Shown here: positions 25,943 through 36,778 of the stretch, one piece after another
Layout: each line of letters begins with the position of its first letter
How positions within the stretch are numbered: the first letter of the stretch is position 1
NCBI GenBank assembly: GCA_903857825.1
Contig: CAIOGI010000007.1
Span: 1 to 51,537, forward strand
Source: Candidatus Tayloriibacteriota bacterium
GTDB lineage: Bacteria; Patescibacteriota; Minisyncoccia; Phycocordibacterales; PALSA-1337
Reading direction: 5' to 3'
Length of the DNA: 51,537 bases
The notes under the pieces: model-generated
What the model saw: the letters and a program-made list of their open reading frames with translations, nothing else
Database searches by the model: none
What the model was told of the DNA's origin: nothing
Translations under genes and position numbers: made by a program

Positions 25943-27763
25943 TTAGTCTGATCTCATCATTTTAACGAAAACCTCCTGTGGAATGTTTACATTTCCACGG
26001 CCCAATTCTTTCATCTTTTTCTTTCCTTCTTTCTGCTTTTCCCATAGTTTCATTTTTCTTGTTCTATCACCTCCATACATGTGTTGAGTAACGTTTTTTT
26101 GCATACCTGTCAGAGTTTCTGAAGCAATAATACGTCCCAAGGCCTTACCTTGTATTTTTAATGTGAACATCTGTTTTGGAAGTACTTTATGAAGCTTTTC
26201 AACAGATGCCTTTGCTTCTTCCTCGAGTCTGCGACGTGCGACAACACGAGTAAAAGCAATTACCGGTTCATCCGCAACCAAAATATCTAGACGAGCAACG
26301 TCAGCCTCTCTCATTTCTGATATTTCATATGAGATTGAAGCAAAACCAGAACTGATACTTTTAATTTCATCAAAAAAGTTTCTCATAAGCTCACGCAAAG
26401 GCATTATCAAAGCAAGAGATGTTCTGTTCTCACCAAAATTATCAGTCGATGTAACTTCCCCCTCATGATTAAAGATAGACTGCATAATAACACCAAGATA
26501 ATCAGGTGGTGAAATTATCTTCATCTTTACTAGTGGTTCTAAGACCTTTTTTACATCATGATCATCTGGAAATAACGCTGGTGAATATATTGTAACAGTC
26601 TTCCCCGGCTGATTGCCGGACGAGCCATTCTTCAATTCTACATCATAAGTAATACTTGGTATGGTAACCACTAGGTTTAAGTTGAACTCGCGTCTTAAAC
26701 GTTCTGTAATAATTTCGAGGTGTAGCATTCCCAAGAAACCACATCGGAATCCTCTTCCGAGAGTTCCTGATGCTTCTTCTTCGTAGGTGAACGACGAGTC
26801 TGAAAGACGCAAACGACCAAATGCCATTCTCAATGTATTAAAGTCATCCTGACTCTCAGGATATACAGAAGCCCAGACAACAGGTCGTGGTGTCATATAA
26901 CCCTGAAGTGGCGGTAAGGTATCTTTCAAAGAGGCCACAGTATCTCCGACAGAAGCAATACCTGGCTGTTTAATACCTGTAACTATATAACCTATTTCAC
27001 CAGCACTCAAAGAATCCGTTGGTGTATTGTCAGGATGAAAAATACCCACTTCTATTACTTGAAATTTCTCATCAGATATCTTAAACAGGAGCTTATCATT
27101 TTTCTTCACAGAACCATTCATGACTCTGATATAGACGATGACACCAGTATGGTTTGAATATTGAAAGTCAAATACAAGCGATCGAAATTCATCAGTATTA
27201 TCTGGTGAACTTGGTGCGGGAACTCGCTCTATAACTTTATTTAACAAATCCGCCACACCCTCTCCTGTCTTTCCTGAAACCGTAAGAACGTCATCCTCAA
27301 CACAATCCAGCAATTCGCACACTTCATGCATAACATCAGATACACGGGCTAAAGGCGAGTCGATTTTTGATATTACAGGAATTATTTTTATACCCGACTC
27401 ACGAGCCATGTTCAGAGTTGTCAAAGTCTGAGCCTGAACTCCCTGTGTAGCATCTACAAGGAGAATAGAACCCTCTACGGCTTTTAGGGCTCTAGATACT
27501 TCATATGAAAAGTCGATATGTCCAGGCGTATCTATGAGATTAAGAATGTATTCTTGATTATCCTTTTTCCATTTCATTCTCACGGGCTGCATCTTTATCG
27601 TTATACCTCTTTCACGTTCAAGCTCCATGCTGTCGAGAACCTGTTCTTGCATCTTTCTTTTTTCGATAGTATTAGTCAGCTCGAGCATGCGGTCTGCCAA
27701 GGTTGACTTACCGTGGTCCACATGGGCCATTATTGAAAAGTTTCGTATATGTTTCGTATCCAT
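25943..27763 (-). CDS. lepA: elongation factor 4 (LepA)
   Basis: IRNFSIMAHVDHGKSTLADR, GFRCGFLGMLH, YGGDRTRKMKLWEKQKEGKKKMK. Confidence 0.97.
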   Translation of the reverse strand: MDTKHIRNFSIMAHVDHGKSTLADRMLELTNTIEKRKMQEQVLDSMELERERGITIKMQPVRMKWKKDNQEYILNLIDTPGHIDFSYEVSRALKAVEGSILLVDATQGVQAQTLTTLNMARESGIKIIPVISKIDSPLARVSDVMHEVCELLDCVEDDVLTVSGKTGEGVADLLNKVIERVPAPSSPDNTDEFRSLVFDFQYSNHTGVIVYIRVMNGSVKKNDKLLFKISDEKFQVIEVGIFHPDNTPTDSLSAGEIGYIVTGIKQPGIASVGDTVASLKDTLPPLQGYMTPRPVVWASVYPESQDDFNTLRMAFGRLRLSDSSFTYEEEASGTLGRGFRCGFLGMLHLEIITERLRREFNLNLVVTIPSITYDVELKNGSSGNQPGKTVTIYSPALFPDDHDVKKVLEPLVKMKIISPPDYLGVIMQSIFNHEGEVTSTDNFGENRTSLALIMPLRELMRNFFDEIKSISSGFASISYEISEMREADVARLDILVADEPVIAFTRVVARRRLEEEAKASVEKLHKVLPKQMFTLKIQGKALGRIIASETLTGMQKNVTQHMYGGDRTRKMKLWEKQKEGKKKMKELGRGNVNIPQEVFVKMMRSD

Positions 27764-27836
27764 AGTGTAATATGAATACTATCAGAAATACGCTATAAGG
27801 CAAAATTAAGTATTTTTGTGTATATACAGATATAAT

Positions 27837-29516
27837 TTAGAGACTTTCTTGATCAGGAACAATAACGTTAGATTTCCAGAATTTATTGTGTAGTGTTGAC
27901 CAAACTTCTTTAATTTCATTATTCTTTAACAATATTAGTACGATTGTACCTATAATAATTCCAACAATTCCAGCGAAAAAGCCTTGTAAGAAAACGTTCC
28001 ATGCTTTTGTGAGAGGAAAAAATATATTGAAAAAACGTAAAAAGATGAAAGCAGTGTAACCCATTATTATAGATGCAGAGAAACTTTGGAATAGAGTCGC
28101 CACTACAGGCTTCGTAAAGCCTGGGTAATCTTTTTCAAACATATGCCAATGTAAATATGTATTAATTAAAACTCCAATAGAATATGCAAGGGGTAACACA
28201 AGTACACTTGTACCCAATTGTCCAGAAACCTTCAATAATTCTTGTAGGAAATACGCAAATACTGGATATGCAAAAAATGCCTTAGTAAAAACATAACCCA
28301 AAGCCACAATAATCAAACCAGATATTATATTTATAAATAAAGGCTTCTTTGTCTTCCCTTCAGCATAATATGCACGCACAAAAAGAAGTATTAGGCTTTG
28401 TCCAACTACCGACACTACAAAAATAGCAAGAACAGCAGCAGTGAGTCTAGTATCAGCCCAATCAAAGTTTCCAGCTCCATATATTGTTCTAACTATTTGT
28501 GCTCTAAGAACTATAAATAATACAGTTATCGGAATAGACCAGAAAACAATATGTCTTGCGGAATCAATCATTTGTCCCAGAAATTCTTTTTTATTATTCT
28601 CTACGAAAAACTTTGAAAGTGTGGGAAAAATAGCAGAAGAATAGCTAACGCCGATAATAGAAAGTGGTACTGATTGTAAGTTAAATGCAAGACTAAATAC
28701 AGAGATAGAACCTGCTTTCATAAATGAAGCAAGTGCAATCAAGAAAAAAGAAGCCAGTTGATTTGCAGACAAAGTCAGTGTCCTTGGCAAAGAAATAAAT
28801 ATAACTTTAAAAAGTAAATTCCATTCTATTTTAAATTTTAAATGTGGAAAAATACCACTTTTAATAATAAAAGGGACTTGTATTGTCATATGTAAGAATG
28901 AACCAAATACGACTCCCCAAAATAGACCATATAAACCAAATATCGGATAGAGAAATATAATTCCTGTGATAATACCTAGGTTATATAATATAGGGCTTAA
29001 GGCATACACAAGGAACCTTTTATGCATTTGAGTGATGCTAGAAAAGAAATTTGAAATACCGAGAAATATCGGAGAAAGTAATAATATTCTTGTAGCAATA
29101 ATCAATTCTAATAACTCAGGACTATTCGCAAAACCAGGAAGTAATATCTTTATGAGCCATGGGGCCATAAAGAATACGATAATACTTATGATTATAATTG
29201 AGAAGAAGAATGCAGAAAAGATATTATCAATAAACTTTTGTCCTTTATCTTCATCTTTATTAAATCTTTCAATGAAAAATGGAAGCAATACCGAGGCAGA
29301 AACTATTGATGCAACAGAAACAAATATCAAATCTGGAATACGAAATGCAGCATAATAAATGTCCAATATACCACCAGCGCCAAAACTATATGCCAACAGC
29401 TTGTCTCTAACTAGTCCAAGTATTTGAGATAATAGTGCAAAAAAGGCAAGAAGATACGCAGCCTCATGTAGGCCGCGAATCTCTTGTCCCATAATCCTTA
29501 AGAATCTCTTAACCAT
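27837..29516 (-). CDS. murJ: lipid II flippase MurJ (MviN)
   Basis: SQILGLVRD, AAFRIPD and about 14 TM helices. Confidence 0.92.
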   Translation of the reverse strand: MVKRFLRIMGQEIRGLHEAAYLLAFFALLSQILGLVRDKLLAYSFGAGGILDIYYAAFRIPDLIFVSVASIVSASVLLPFFIERFNKDEDKGQKFIDNIFSAFFFSIIIISIIVFFMAPWLIKILLPGFANSPELLELIIATRILLLSPIFLGISNFFSSITQMHKRFLVYALSPILYNLGIITGIIFLYPIFGLYGLFWGVVFGSFLHMTIQVPFIIKSGIFPHLKFKIEWNLLFKVIFISLPRTLTLSANQLASFFLIALASFMKAGSISVFSLAFNLQSVPLSIIGVSYSSAIFPTLSKFFVENNKKEFLGQMIDSARHIVFWSIPITVLFIVLRAQIVRTIYGAGNFDWADTRLTAAVLAIFVVSVVGQSLILLFVRAYYAEGKTKKPLFINIISGLIIVALGYVFTKAFFAYPVFAYFLQELLKVSGQLGTSVLVLPLAYSIGVLINTYLHWHMFEKDYPGFTKPVVATLFQSFSASIIMGYTAFIFLRFFNIFFPLTKAWNVFLQGFFAGIVGIIIGTIVLILLKNNEIKEVWSTLHNKFWKSNVIVPDQESL

Positions 29517-29541
29517 GGATTACCTTATTATACCTTAAATG

Positions 29542-31938
29542 TTAGTTTATCTTCTTTGTATTTGTAGTAGTCTTATCTTTTACAGGTAGTGTTTTGCTCT
29601 TATCAGTTTTTTCATCTGTAAATGGTGATTTTCCTGCTTTTAGAGAAGCTATAATAGATACAATTTCTTGATTCTCAGGATTTGTCTTTAATATTTCTTC
29701 AAACTGAATTACTGCTTCATTGTACTTTTTTAATCTAGCCAAAGAAAGTCCGAGGAAATATCTGGCGTTTGCATATTGACCATTTAGTTCTACAGCCTTT
29801 CCAAGTGCTTCTGTAGCCTTAACATAATCCTTATCGCTAAAGTATAGATATCCTAACTGGAAGAATATCATTGAGTTATTTGGATTTATCTGAGCCATAA
29901 CTTGTGCAGATATTATGGCGTCCTTTATCTTTCCCTGCGCAACTTGAATCTGTGATAGCAAGTAGATTGCCTCAGTATAATTTTGCTTTAATTGAAGTGC
30001 CGCACCAATATATTTTTGTGCTTCATCAGCCTTCTCCATTGAAGCTTCTAGCTGCGCAACATTCAGATATAGTAATGGACTATAAGGATTATACTGTAAT
30101 GCTTTTGAGTACGCAGTCTTTGCATTTTCATAAGCTCCATCTATTTTTAGTGAGTTGGCTAATTCATTTACTCTTGCATTTGCAACATAATTATAATAAT
30201 TTGTTGGATCAACAGATATGGCACTCAATGTAGAGGAGGCAGCATCCTGTATTAAATTATTAACTTGCTTTAATAATTCCTGATCAATCGTTTTTGGATC
30301 TTTCTCAGATTGAGCTTGAAGTGTCTGCAATATTGGACTAATTTTCATCATATCTATCTCAGAAATAGCTCTATAATACATGTCTGATTTATCCCAAGCT
30401 AATGCACTACGAATACCCACCTCGGCTTTTTCTATCTCTTTATTTGCAGATTTATTTAGTGTACTGACCGCCCCTTGGAAAGACTTCAATGCGATCACTT
30501 TCTTTATATATACCAAGAGCCATAGTGCAATAGCAATGATTAATATAATTGATACTAGTGTAACTACAGTTTTTGTTTTTGACCCAGCATCTATTTTATA
30601 CTCTTTATTTTCAATTACATTTTCAAGACATAGTGCTCCCAAGAATATACCAGTCATAATAAATGTAAGCAGAATGATCACATGAGATGGACTATAGAGC
30701 AAAGAGATTAGCCACAAGAAAGAAGAAGTGAAGAATGTAGAGGCTACAATAAATCTAGATAGTGGTTCTTGTACCTTTCTAAGACCTTTTACACCTAGAA
30801 TAAAGAAAAAGATTAAAAACAAAATCCATAAAACAATACCCACAACACCGTTTGTTACAGCAAAAGATGGAATAAACCCAAAACCAGTATTAAATTCTGC
30901 GCTCCAAAATATGCTTGGATTTAATGCTGCTGGTTTATATTTTAAGAATTCACTAGCAAAGCGATTTGGTCCAGCACCAAATAAAGGTCTTTCTTTTATC
31001 GTATCTGCGGTCACATCAAGAGCAAGTTGCCAAGGTAGGGATATTTCTGTTTGCTCAAAATTAAAAGGCTTTAATACTGAGGCTACTTTACTTCCATTTA
31101 ATGCCAATACACCAGAAATGATAAAGAATATTAGCGCGAATACAGAAACCTTGTTTATCATCCTAGAAAATCCCATTGAGCTGCTTGAATTTTTTATATA
31201 TAAATAAATATAGTAAGACAAAAAAACCAAAGACAAAACCATCCAGATCAAGGCAGAATTTACTATAAACACTAACATGCCCGATACTATAAACATCATA
31301 TAAGTCAATATTTTTATACTTTTCTTAACAGAAAGAATGTTTAACACAAAGAATGATAGTAAAAATAGTACAGCAGATAAGATTCCTAGATCAGACCACC
31401 TTCCCAATAATGTTGCTGTTGAATAATTGAATATTCCAAAACTCATAAATGAAGGTGAGAGTAGCAATCTTGAAATCTGGAACAAGGCAAGCAAAGAAAA
31501 AGATAATGCGAAAGAACCGTAAAGAGAAAATATCCTATCTTTATTATTAATAATAAGTCTAACAACTAGCAGCATTGCAATAAACATTACAATCAAGAAA
31601 CTTGCACCTCCAAGTTCAAATCCTTGACCAATAAGAGACTTCTGTACACTCGTACTGAGAAAGGCGGAAATTAGTGTTGTCAGAGAAATCAAAACTCCAA
31701 CAACTACCAATGGATTCTTCGATAAAGTTATCTCCTTTTTCTGCAATAATGATATGACATAAAAAATAGTTGAGATTAGAACACCAAATACAATTACAAA
31801 TGACTTTAAAGCATCAAAAGGAAAATTTGTAGTTACAAACACCAAAGGAGAAAGAAAAATTGTAATAAGCAAAACAATAAAAGAAATATTCTCTAATTTG
31901 TTAGAACCTTTTGCAGACTGTACATTTTGTATATCCAT
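29542..31938 (-). CDS. polytopic membrane protein (O-antigen ligase/Wzy_C-like) with C-terminal TPR repeats
   Basis: About 12 TM helices, PLFGAGPNRF motif and multiple TPRs (YANARYFLGL). Confidence 0.8.
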   Translation of the reverse strand: MDIQNVQSAKGSNKLENISFIVLLITIFLSPLVFVTTNFPFDALKSFVIVFGVLISTIFYVISLLQKKEITLSKNPLVVVGVLISLTTLISAFLSTSVQKSLIGQGFELGGASFLIVMFIAMLLVVRLIINNKDRIFSLYGSFALSFSLLALFQISRLLLSPSFMSFGIFNYSTATLLGRWSDLGILSAVLFLLSFFVLNILSVKKSIKILTYMMFIVSGMLVFIVNSALIWMVLSLVFLSYYIYLYIKNSSSSMGFSRMINKVSVFALIFFIISGVLALNGSKVASVLKPFNFEQTEISLPWQLALDVTADTIKERPLFGAGPNRFASEFLKYKPAALNPSIFWSAEFNTGFGFIPSFAVTNGVVGIVLWILFLIFFFILGVKGLRKVQEPLSRFIVASTFFTSSFLWLISLLYSPSHVIILLTFIMTGIFLGALCLENVIENKEYKIDAGSKTKTVVTLVSIILIIAIALWLLVYIKKVIALKSFQGAVSTLNKSANKEIEKAEVGIRSALAWDKSDMYYRAISEIDMMKISPILQTLQAQSEKDPKTIDQELLKQVNNLIQDAASSTLSAISVDPTNYYNYVANARVNELANSLKIDGAYENAKTAYSKALQYNPYSPLLYLNVAQLEASMEKADEAQKYIGAALQLKQNYTEAIYLLSQIQVAQGKIKDAIISAQVMAQINPNNSMIFFQLGYLYFSDKDYVKATEALGKAVELNGQYANARYFLGLSLARLKKYNEAVIQFEEILKTNPENQEIVSIIASLKAGKSPFTDEKTDKSKTLPVKDKTTTNTKKIN

Positions 31939-31985
31939 AGTATAAAACTTAAATAAATAATTAATAATTGTTATGTAATTATAGC

Positions 31986-32021
31986 AAACAAAAAACCTCC
32001 TGTTAAGAAGGTTTTTTGTTT
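31986..32021 (-). terminator. terminator of rnpB
   Basis: AAACAAAAAACCT-CCTGTTAAGA-AGGTTTTTTGTTT inverted repeat. Confidence 0.8.
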
Positions 32022-32022
32022 A

Positions 32023-32445
32023 ACATGTTTATAAGCCGAGTTCTGTATCTAAAATTTATCTTTCGATAATCTTAGACGACAATCATTTATCTGGGATCAA
32101 TCTTACGATTAACCTCAAGCGGCACTCCCGTCGGCGAGAAATCCATTGGTATATTTTATGTTTTGGATTCCTTGTCGACGGGCACGGCCTTGCACTGAAG
32201 TAAGGATTTTGCCGTTGCAATCACAAAGTTACCTTTATGACTTATCCACAGTTTGCACTTTGGATACCCTGTCTTTTCAGACTATTTCTAAAAATTGCTT
32301 TCTAGAAAAGGGCGTCTCTGTTCGCACCTCGCAACTCACGATGGACGGGTGTTACCCGCTACTATTCTGTCTAAATTTACATTTAGCCAGTGCTCGGACT
32401 TTCCTCTATTGGAACTATTGCTCCAACAGCGATTGTCTAACATGT
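32023..32445 (-). ncRNA. rnpB: RNase P RNA
   Basis: Minus strand has GAGGAAAGTCC near the 5' end and ACAGAACTCGGCTTA at the 3' end; P1 ACATGTT/AACATGT; extended -10 TGGTATAAT just upstream. Confidence 0.95.
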
Positions 32446-32464
32446 ATAAGTATTATACCACAAA

Positions 32465-34795
32465 CTACATAACCTCGCAAACACCACCAACGCAGGCCAA
32501 TTCCTTCTTCAAATCTAGCTCGTTTTGCTTTTCGTAAGTTATGATCTTTGAATAATCGATGTGTTCAAATCTCTTTGCAAGTTCCTTGTACCTCTTCTCA
32601 TCTATCTTTTCATAAGGAGCAAGCTGATAGACATGATCTTCTCTTGGAAGAAACGATAATCCTCCAACAATATCCCAATTTTTATAGACCCAGTTTGCTA
32701 CTTCTATCCATTCATCATTTCCTACTGAGATAGTGATCGATGGGTTGTGTTCTGTATAATTCTCCTTTACCATTTTCCAATATTCTAACTGTTGAATAGC
32801 AGTTTGATCGTCTTTGAAGACTGCGCCACCAGGAGCCTTAACTGGAAATTCTAGAACATAAGTAGTAGCATTTTCTGCCGTCTGACCTACTTCTGGGAAA
32901 TGAGGGATTCCCTGATCTTTTAACATTTTAAATAAATTGTCTGTGGTCGAAATACGAACCCTTCTAATATAATATTTAGCATATCTTGGATGCATACCTG
33001 AAGAACAATCAACAGTTTGAGAAAGATTTCCTGAAGGCTTAACGGCTGTTATACATGTTGATTCATTAATACCAAAACGTTTTGAAAATTCTTTGTTTAC
33101 CTTTATAGTTTCAGCTAAAAGTCTTCTCATGACCTCTGGTTTTCTTACGGCTGGAGAATCCCATTGCCCAGTTATAGAGACTCCAAGAAGTCTTTCTTTC
33201 TCGCAATGCTCCTTCCATTCTTTTGAAAGATAGGTAAAGTTTGTAAGCGAGGATTGATATGTCCCTATAATCGTTGCTATTTTAATCTTCTTCATCAAGG
33301 TCGCCTCTGTATCCTCTGCCCTTGCAACTATTTCTGAGAGATTACAAAACTGTTTTGATTGTAGAATGATTTCTCCACAAGGATTAGTTCCCATAGTTCC
33401 AACTATAGTGTTACCAGATACATCAAAATACCCCTTGTATTCCTTTAGAACCTTCAAGCGACGTTCTGGTAATGTCTTGGCGAGCGAACCTCGGTTAAAT
33501 ATTCCTCTTTCGCCAGATTTACTCTCTATAAGCGCCATCCATTCCTTCAAAAACTCTTCATTCGTAGGTTTTGTGAGATAAATAGCGGAGTTATTTGCTA
33601 AAGCTCGATGAGGATGTGTCATATAGAATGCGCCCTTTTTTGCATCTCGAACATCAGAATCATCAAGATCAGATAGAGAAATTAGGGCGCTTCTTCTAAC
33701 GCCTCCTGAGACCACGCATTCACCTATCATGCAAGCAATATCGTGTATATCAATATTTCTAAGTCGTCTACCCTGTCGTGCAAGCATTATTTCTTTTGTA
33801 AAAGAAAGTAATTTACGAAGTGGCTCCGGACCAGAAGACTTGCCGCCCATAGTCTTTAGCCTAGCTCCTGCAGGTCTTAATTGTGAAAAATCAAAATCAA
33901 TATCCTTACCTGACGCCCAAGTCTTCATACCTAAAGTTAGCGAGTCCGCCCAACCCTCTCTACTATCTGGAACAATAAAAGTCGATGCTTTTTCTCCAGA
34001 CTGAATCATTATTTGTGGAAATTTCTGCACAGCTACACTTTCTACAGAAAATCCTACCCCAGAACCACACATAGAAATGTACATTATCTCAGAAAGATCC
34101 TGAAAGGATTCTGGTGCAATGAAAGAACAATTGTATGCACAAACATTTGTTTTCCTAGCGGCTGGACCCGCAAACTGTAACAATCGCATAGATGGCATTG
34201 CTTCTTGTTTCAAGATAGACTCCCTGACCTCTTCATATTCTTTGTCTGTTAGCTTGTTACCGAGATTTTCTTTCATAAAACTGATATAGCGACCGACTGT
34301 TTCTATCCAGGTCTCTCTTCTGCTCTCGTCATCGATCCATTTTGAATAGGTTCGGTAGTATACGAATTCACCTAGTGAATTTCTGAAATATTTTTTACTA
34401 TCATTTGCAAGTTTCTTTACATTATCTGGCACATCAAGACCTTTTGCTCTGATCTGAGATCTCTCATCACGATACAAAACATAATGTTTCGCGGTCTTAA
34501 TATAATCAGAACGCATAAGCTCAGCCTCAACAACATCCTGAACACCCTCAACTGTGGGAATAAAGTTCTTAAATTTCTTAGCAATACGAACAAGCTCTCC
34601 GTAGACCTTGTTTGCAACCAGGGCCGACTCTTCTTGAGATCCTTCATTTGAAGAAATCATGCCTTTGTAAATAGCATTTGCAATCTTTTCTATATCAAAA
34701 GGTACAACCCTACCATCTCTCTTAATAATTGATTTTACAAACTCTTCTTTCTTTCCTCCCTTTCCTGATACCTTTTTGACTTTTGCCATCATCAT
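32465..34795 (-). CDS. nrdJ: class II (adenosylcobalamin-dependent) ribonucleotide reductase with N-terminal ATP cone
   Basis: ATP cone IIKRDGRVVPFD; YYRTYS, YNCSF, GGVRRSALISL, GTNPCGEI, TAVKPSG, EHNPSITI; C-terminal ACVGGVCE. Confidence 0.92.
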   Translation of the reverse strand: MMMAKVKKVSGKGGKKEEFVKSIIKRDGRVVPFDIEKIANAIYKGMISSNEGSQEESALVANKVYGELVRIAKKFKNFIPTVEGVQDVVEAELMRSDYIKTAKHYVLYRDERSQIRAKGLDVPDNVKKLANDSKKYFRNSLGEFVYYRTYSKWIDDESRRETWIETVGRYISFMKENLGNKLTDKEYEEVRESILKQEAMPSMRLLQFAGPAARKTNVCAYNCSFIAPESFQDLSEIMYISMCGSGVGFSVESVAVQKFPQIMIQSGEKASTFIVPDSREGWADSLTLGMKTWASGKDIDFDFSQLRPAGARLKTMGGKSSGPEPLRKLLSFTKEIMLARQGRRLRNIDIHDIACMIGECVVSGGVRRSALISLSDLDDSDVRDAKKGAFYMTHPHRALANNSAIYLTKPTNEEFLKEWMALIESKSGERGIFNRGSLAKTLPERRLKVLKEYKGYFDVSGNTIVGTMGTNPCGEIILQSKQFCNLSEIVARAEDTEATLMKKIKIATIIGTYQSSLTNFTYLSKEWKEHCEKERLLGVSITGQWDSPAVRKPEVMRRLLAETIKVNKEFSKRFGINESTCITAVKPSGNLSQTVDCSSGMHPRYAKYYIRRVRISTTDNLFKMLKDQGIPHFPEVGQTAENATTYVLEFPVKAPGGAVFKDDQTAIQQLEYWKMVKENYTEHNPSITISVGNDEWIEVANWVYKNWDIVGGLSFLPREDHVYQLAPYEKIDEKRYKELAKRFEHIDYSKIITYEKQNELDLKKELACVGGVCEVM

Positions 34796-34949
34796 AAATA
34801 TTTAATAAATTATGCTAAAAAATTTAGTAATAAACTAATTGTACAATAAAAAGACTGTCTAAAAAAATATTTTCAAGTAAATTTAATGGTTAAGAGATAA
34901 ATTTCCCACTGTGTAAACCTCTCCACCAAAATACATTGAAAAATAGAGA

Positions 34950-35405
34950 CTATTTTGTATCAAAATTTAAAACTTTTCCCACCATGAGGTTATTGTTTTT
35001 AGCAAAACCAGCATTTGCTTCTAATACGTATACACTTTTTTCATTTGGATAAAAGATTTTCGGAAAAGTATCAGGTGAAATATCCTGCTCCAAGTGAATT
35101 ATTTCTTTTTCTTCATTTAGCCAAAAAATATCAATAGGGAAAATAACATCTTTCATCCATATTCCATATTCTCCAGGCTCATTAAAAATAAAAAGCATTG
35201 CTTTGTCCTCTGGAAGAGAATTCATTCCGCCAAGCCCTCTCATTCTCGATTCATTACTATTAGAAACTATTAATGAAATATCATTTTGTGGAAGATGTAG
35301 AGTATATGTCTTATCGTATATATCTGCGTCTACCTTTGAATACATATATACACCCAAAAGAAGCAAGGCACACGATATGGTTAACATTAATATTCTCATG
35401 GGCAT
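34950..35405 (-). CDS. DUF192 family protein
   Basis: RMRGLGG, AMLFIF, IWMKDVIFPIDI, YVLEANAG. Confidence 0.9.
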   Translation of the reverse strand: MPMRILMLTISCALLLLGVYMYSKVDADIYDKTYTLHLPQNDISLIVSNSNESRMRGLGGMNSLPEDKAMLFIFNEPGEYGIWMKDVIFPIDIFWLNEEKEIIHLEQDISPDTFPKIFYPNEKSVYVLEANAGFAKNNNLMVGKVLNFDTK

Positions 35406-35445
35406 ATGTAGTTTATTATAGCATGAGCAAAATTGAATTCGAGTA

Positions 35446-36069
35446 TTATTTCCTAGCTATAACATGGAAAACATGCCAGTGTTTCATTTTACCCGTGGCA
35501 GTTTCCTTATCTATTTCTTCTTCCTCAAATGAAATAATAGAAAAATCTTCGAACATAACTTTCAACTGGTCTTTTGTATGAAATGTCATTTTTTGATTCG
35601 TCGACCATTCATCGTGAACACCAAAAAACTGACCACAAAATATTCCACCTTTTTTAAGAGAACTTTTTATTTTTGCCAAAACATAATTAAAATGTATTGG
35701 ATCAATGAATGGAAGTGAATACATGGCAGATGCAAGGTCGTATTCATTTTCTGGGAAATTGAAGTCCTCAAATTTTGTCATGAAAGTATGAAGTTTCTCA
35801 TTTTGTTTATCCACGGCCTCCTGTTCCATCGTTGGATTTTTGTCAATAGAAACAACGTCAAATCCTTGTCCTAGAAGATATCTTGTATCATTGAGAGCAC
35901 CGCTACCAATATCAATCGCCCTGTTTTTATTAGTAACGTGCTTAAGAGCACTTACCAAGAGAGGGCGTGGTGGTCCTTGTTTTGTCGCCTCGTAATAGTC
36001 TGACCAGTCTTTCTGACTTTCAGATTGGCCTGCATCATCATTTGCATACTTACTTTCCGTATATTTCAT
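35446..36069 (-). CDS. class I SAM-dependent methyltransferase (TehB-like)
   Basis: AIDIGSGALND, LKKGGIFCGQFF, KHWHVFHVIARK. Confidence 0.88.
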   Translation of the reverse strand: MKYTESKYANDDAGQSESQKDWSDYYEATKQGPPRPLLVSALKHVTNKNRAIDIGSGALNDTRYLLGQGFDVVSIDKNPTMEQEAVDKQNEKLHTFMTKFEDFNFPENEYDLASAMYSLPFIDPIHFNYVLAKIKSSLKKGGIFCGQFFGVHDEWSTNQKMTFHTKDQLKVMFEDFSIISFEEEEIDKETATGKMKHWHVFHVIARK

Positions 36070-36092
36070 TTATTTGTTTATTATTTAAAAAA

Positions 36093-36590
36093 CTATTTTA
36101 TTGGCACAAATCTCCAATTTTGATTCTTATTAGACTGCTCTCCGTCTTTATTCACAAAATTAAGAATATCATTCAAATCACTCATTGCAAATGGATACTT
36201 GAATCCTGGCTTATCGAAACAAATGTAGTTATTTTCAGACTCTCTTGTAACCATGAAAGAATGAGCCATTTCTCCAGTCTGTATATCGAGAATTTGACCA
36301 ACATAGACTTTGCTGATCTCACAGTCCTTTTGTGCAAGCTTTGTAAGGCTTTCTTCACTTTCAACCAAAGCATAAGGAATATCTGATATTGATCGGATTT
36401 TTTCTCCAAATGTGAAATCGACCCCTTTTACTTGTTGTTCAGATGGATCTGAAATCATTTCTTCCCAAGAAATTTTTCCGATCGTATACAAAACGAACTT
36501 GTGACAATTTACATTCTTCACTTTTTCGACGGATACCGGAGGAATGGTGTTCCAATTGCCGTCTGAATCTATTTGTAAAAATGTGTTCAT
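36093..36590 (-). CDS. hypothetical protein, possible papain-like Cys-His fold
   Basis: NCHKFVLY...AHSFMV...CFDKPG motif order; first gene after tRNA-Ser. Confidence 0.65.
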   Translation of the reverse strand: MNTFLQIDSDGNWNTIPPVSVEKVKNVNCHKFVLYTIGKISWEEMISDPSEQQVKGVDFTFGEKIRSISDIPYALVESEESLTKLAQKDCEISKVYVGQILDIQTGEMAHSFMVTRESENNYICFDKPGFKYPFAMSDLNDILNFVNKDGEQSNKNQNWRFVPIK

Positions 36591-36655
36591 TTTGTTGATT
36601 AAGTATTAGGGTCGTCCCACAATCATAAGTCTATGGGTTGCTCGATACTAAATTG

Positions 36656-36742
36656 CGGAGGGTAAGAGATTCGAACTCTTGATGCCCTTTCGGACATACA
36701 TCCTTTCCAGGGATGCGCACTAGACCGCTATGCGAACCCTCC
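36656..36742 (-). tRNA. tRNA-Ser(GGA)
   Basis: GGAGGGTTCGCATAGCGGTCTAGTGCG...CT GGA AA...long variable arm...GTTCGAATC...ACCCTCCG. Confidence 0.95.
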
Positions 36743-36778
36743 AATGTGCTTTTTATATTGATATTCCTATAACCATCT

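Noticed and set aside
32146-32537. ORFs 32146-32472 and 32295-32537
   Set aside because: They lie antisense to the RNase P RNA gene.
34796-34949. NrdR boxes or a cobalamin riboswitch upstream of nrdJ
   Set aside because: No convincing tandem NrdR palindromes and no B12-box; the region is simply AT-rich.
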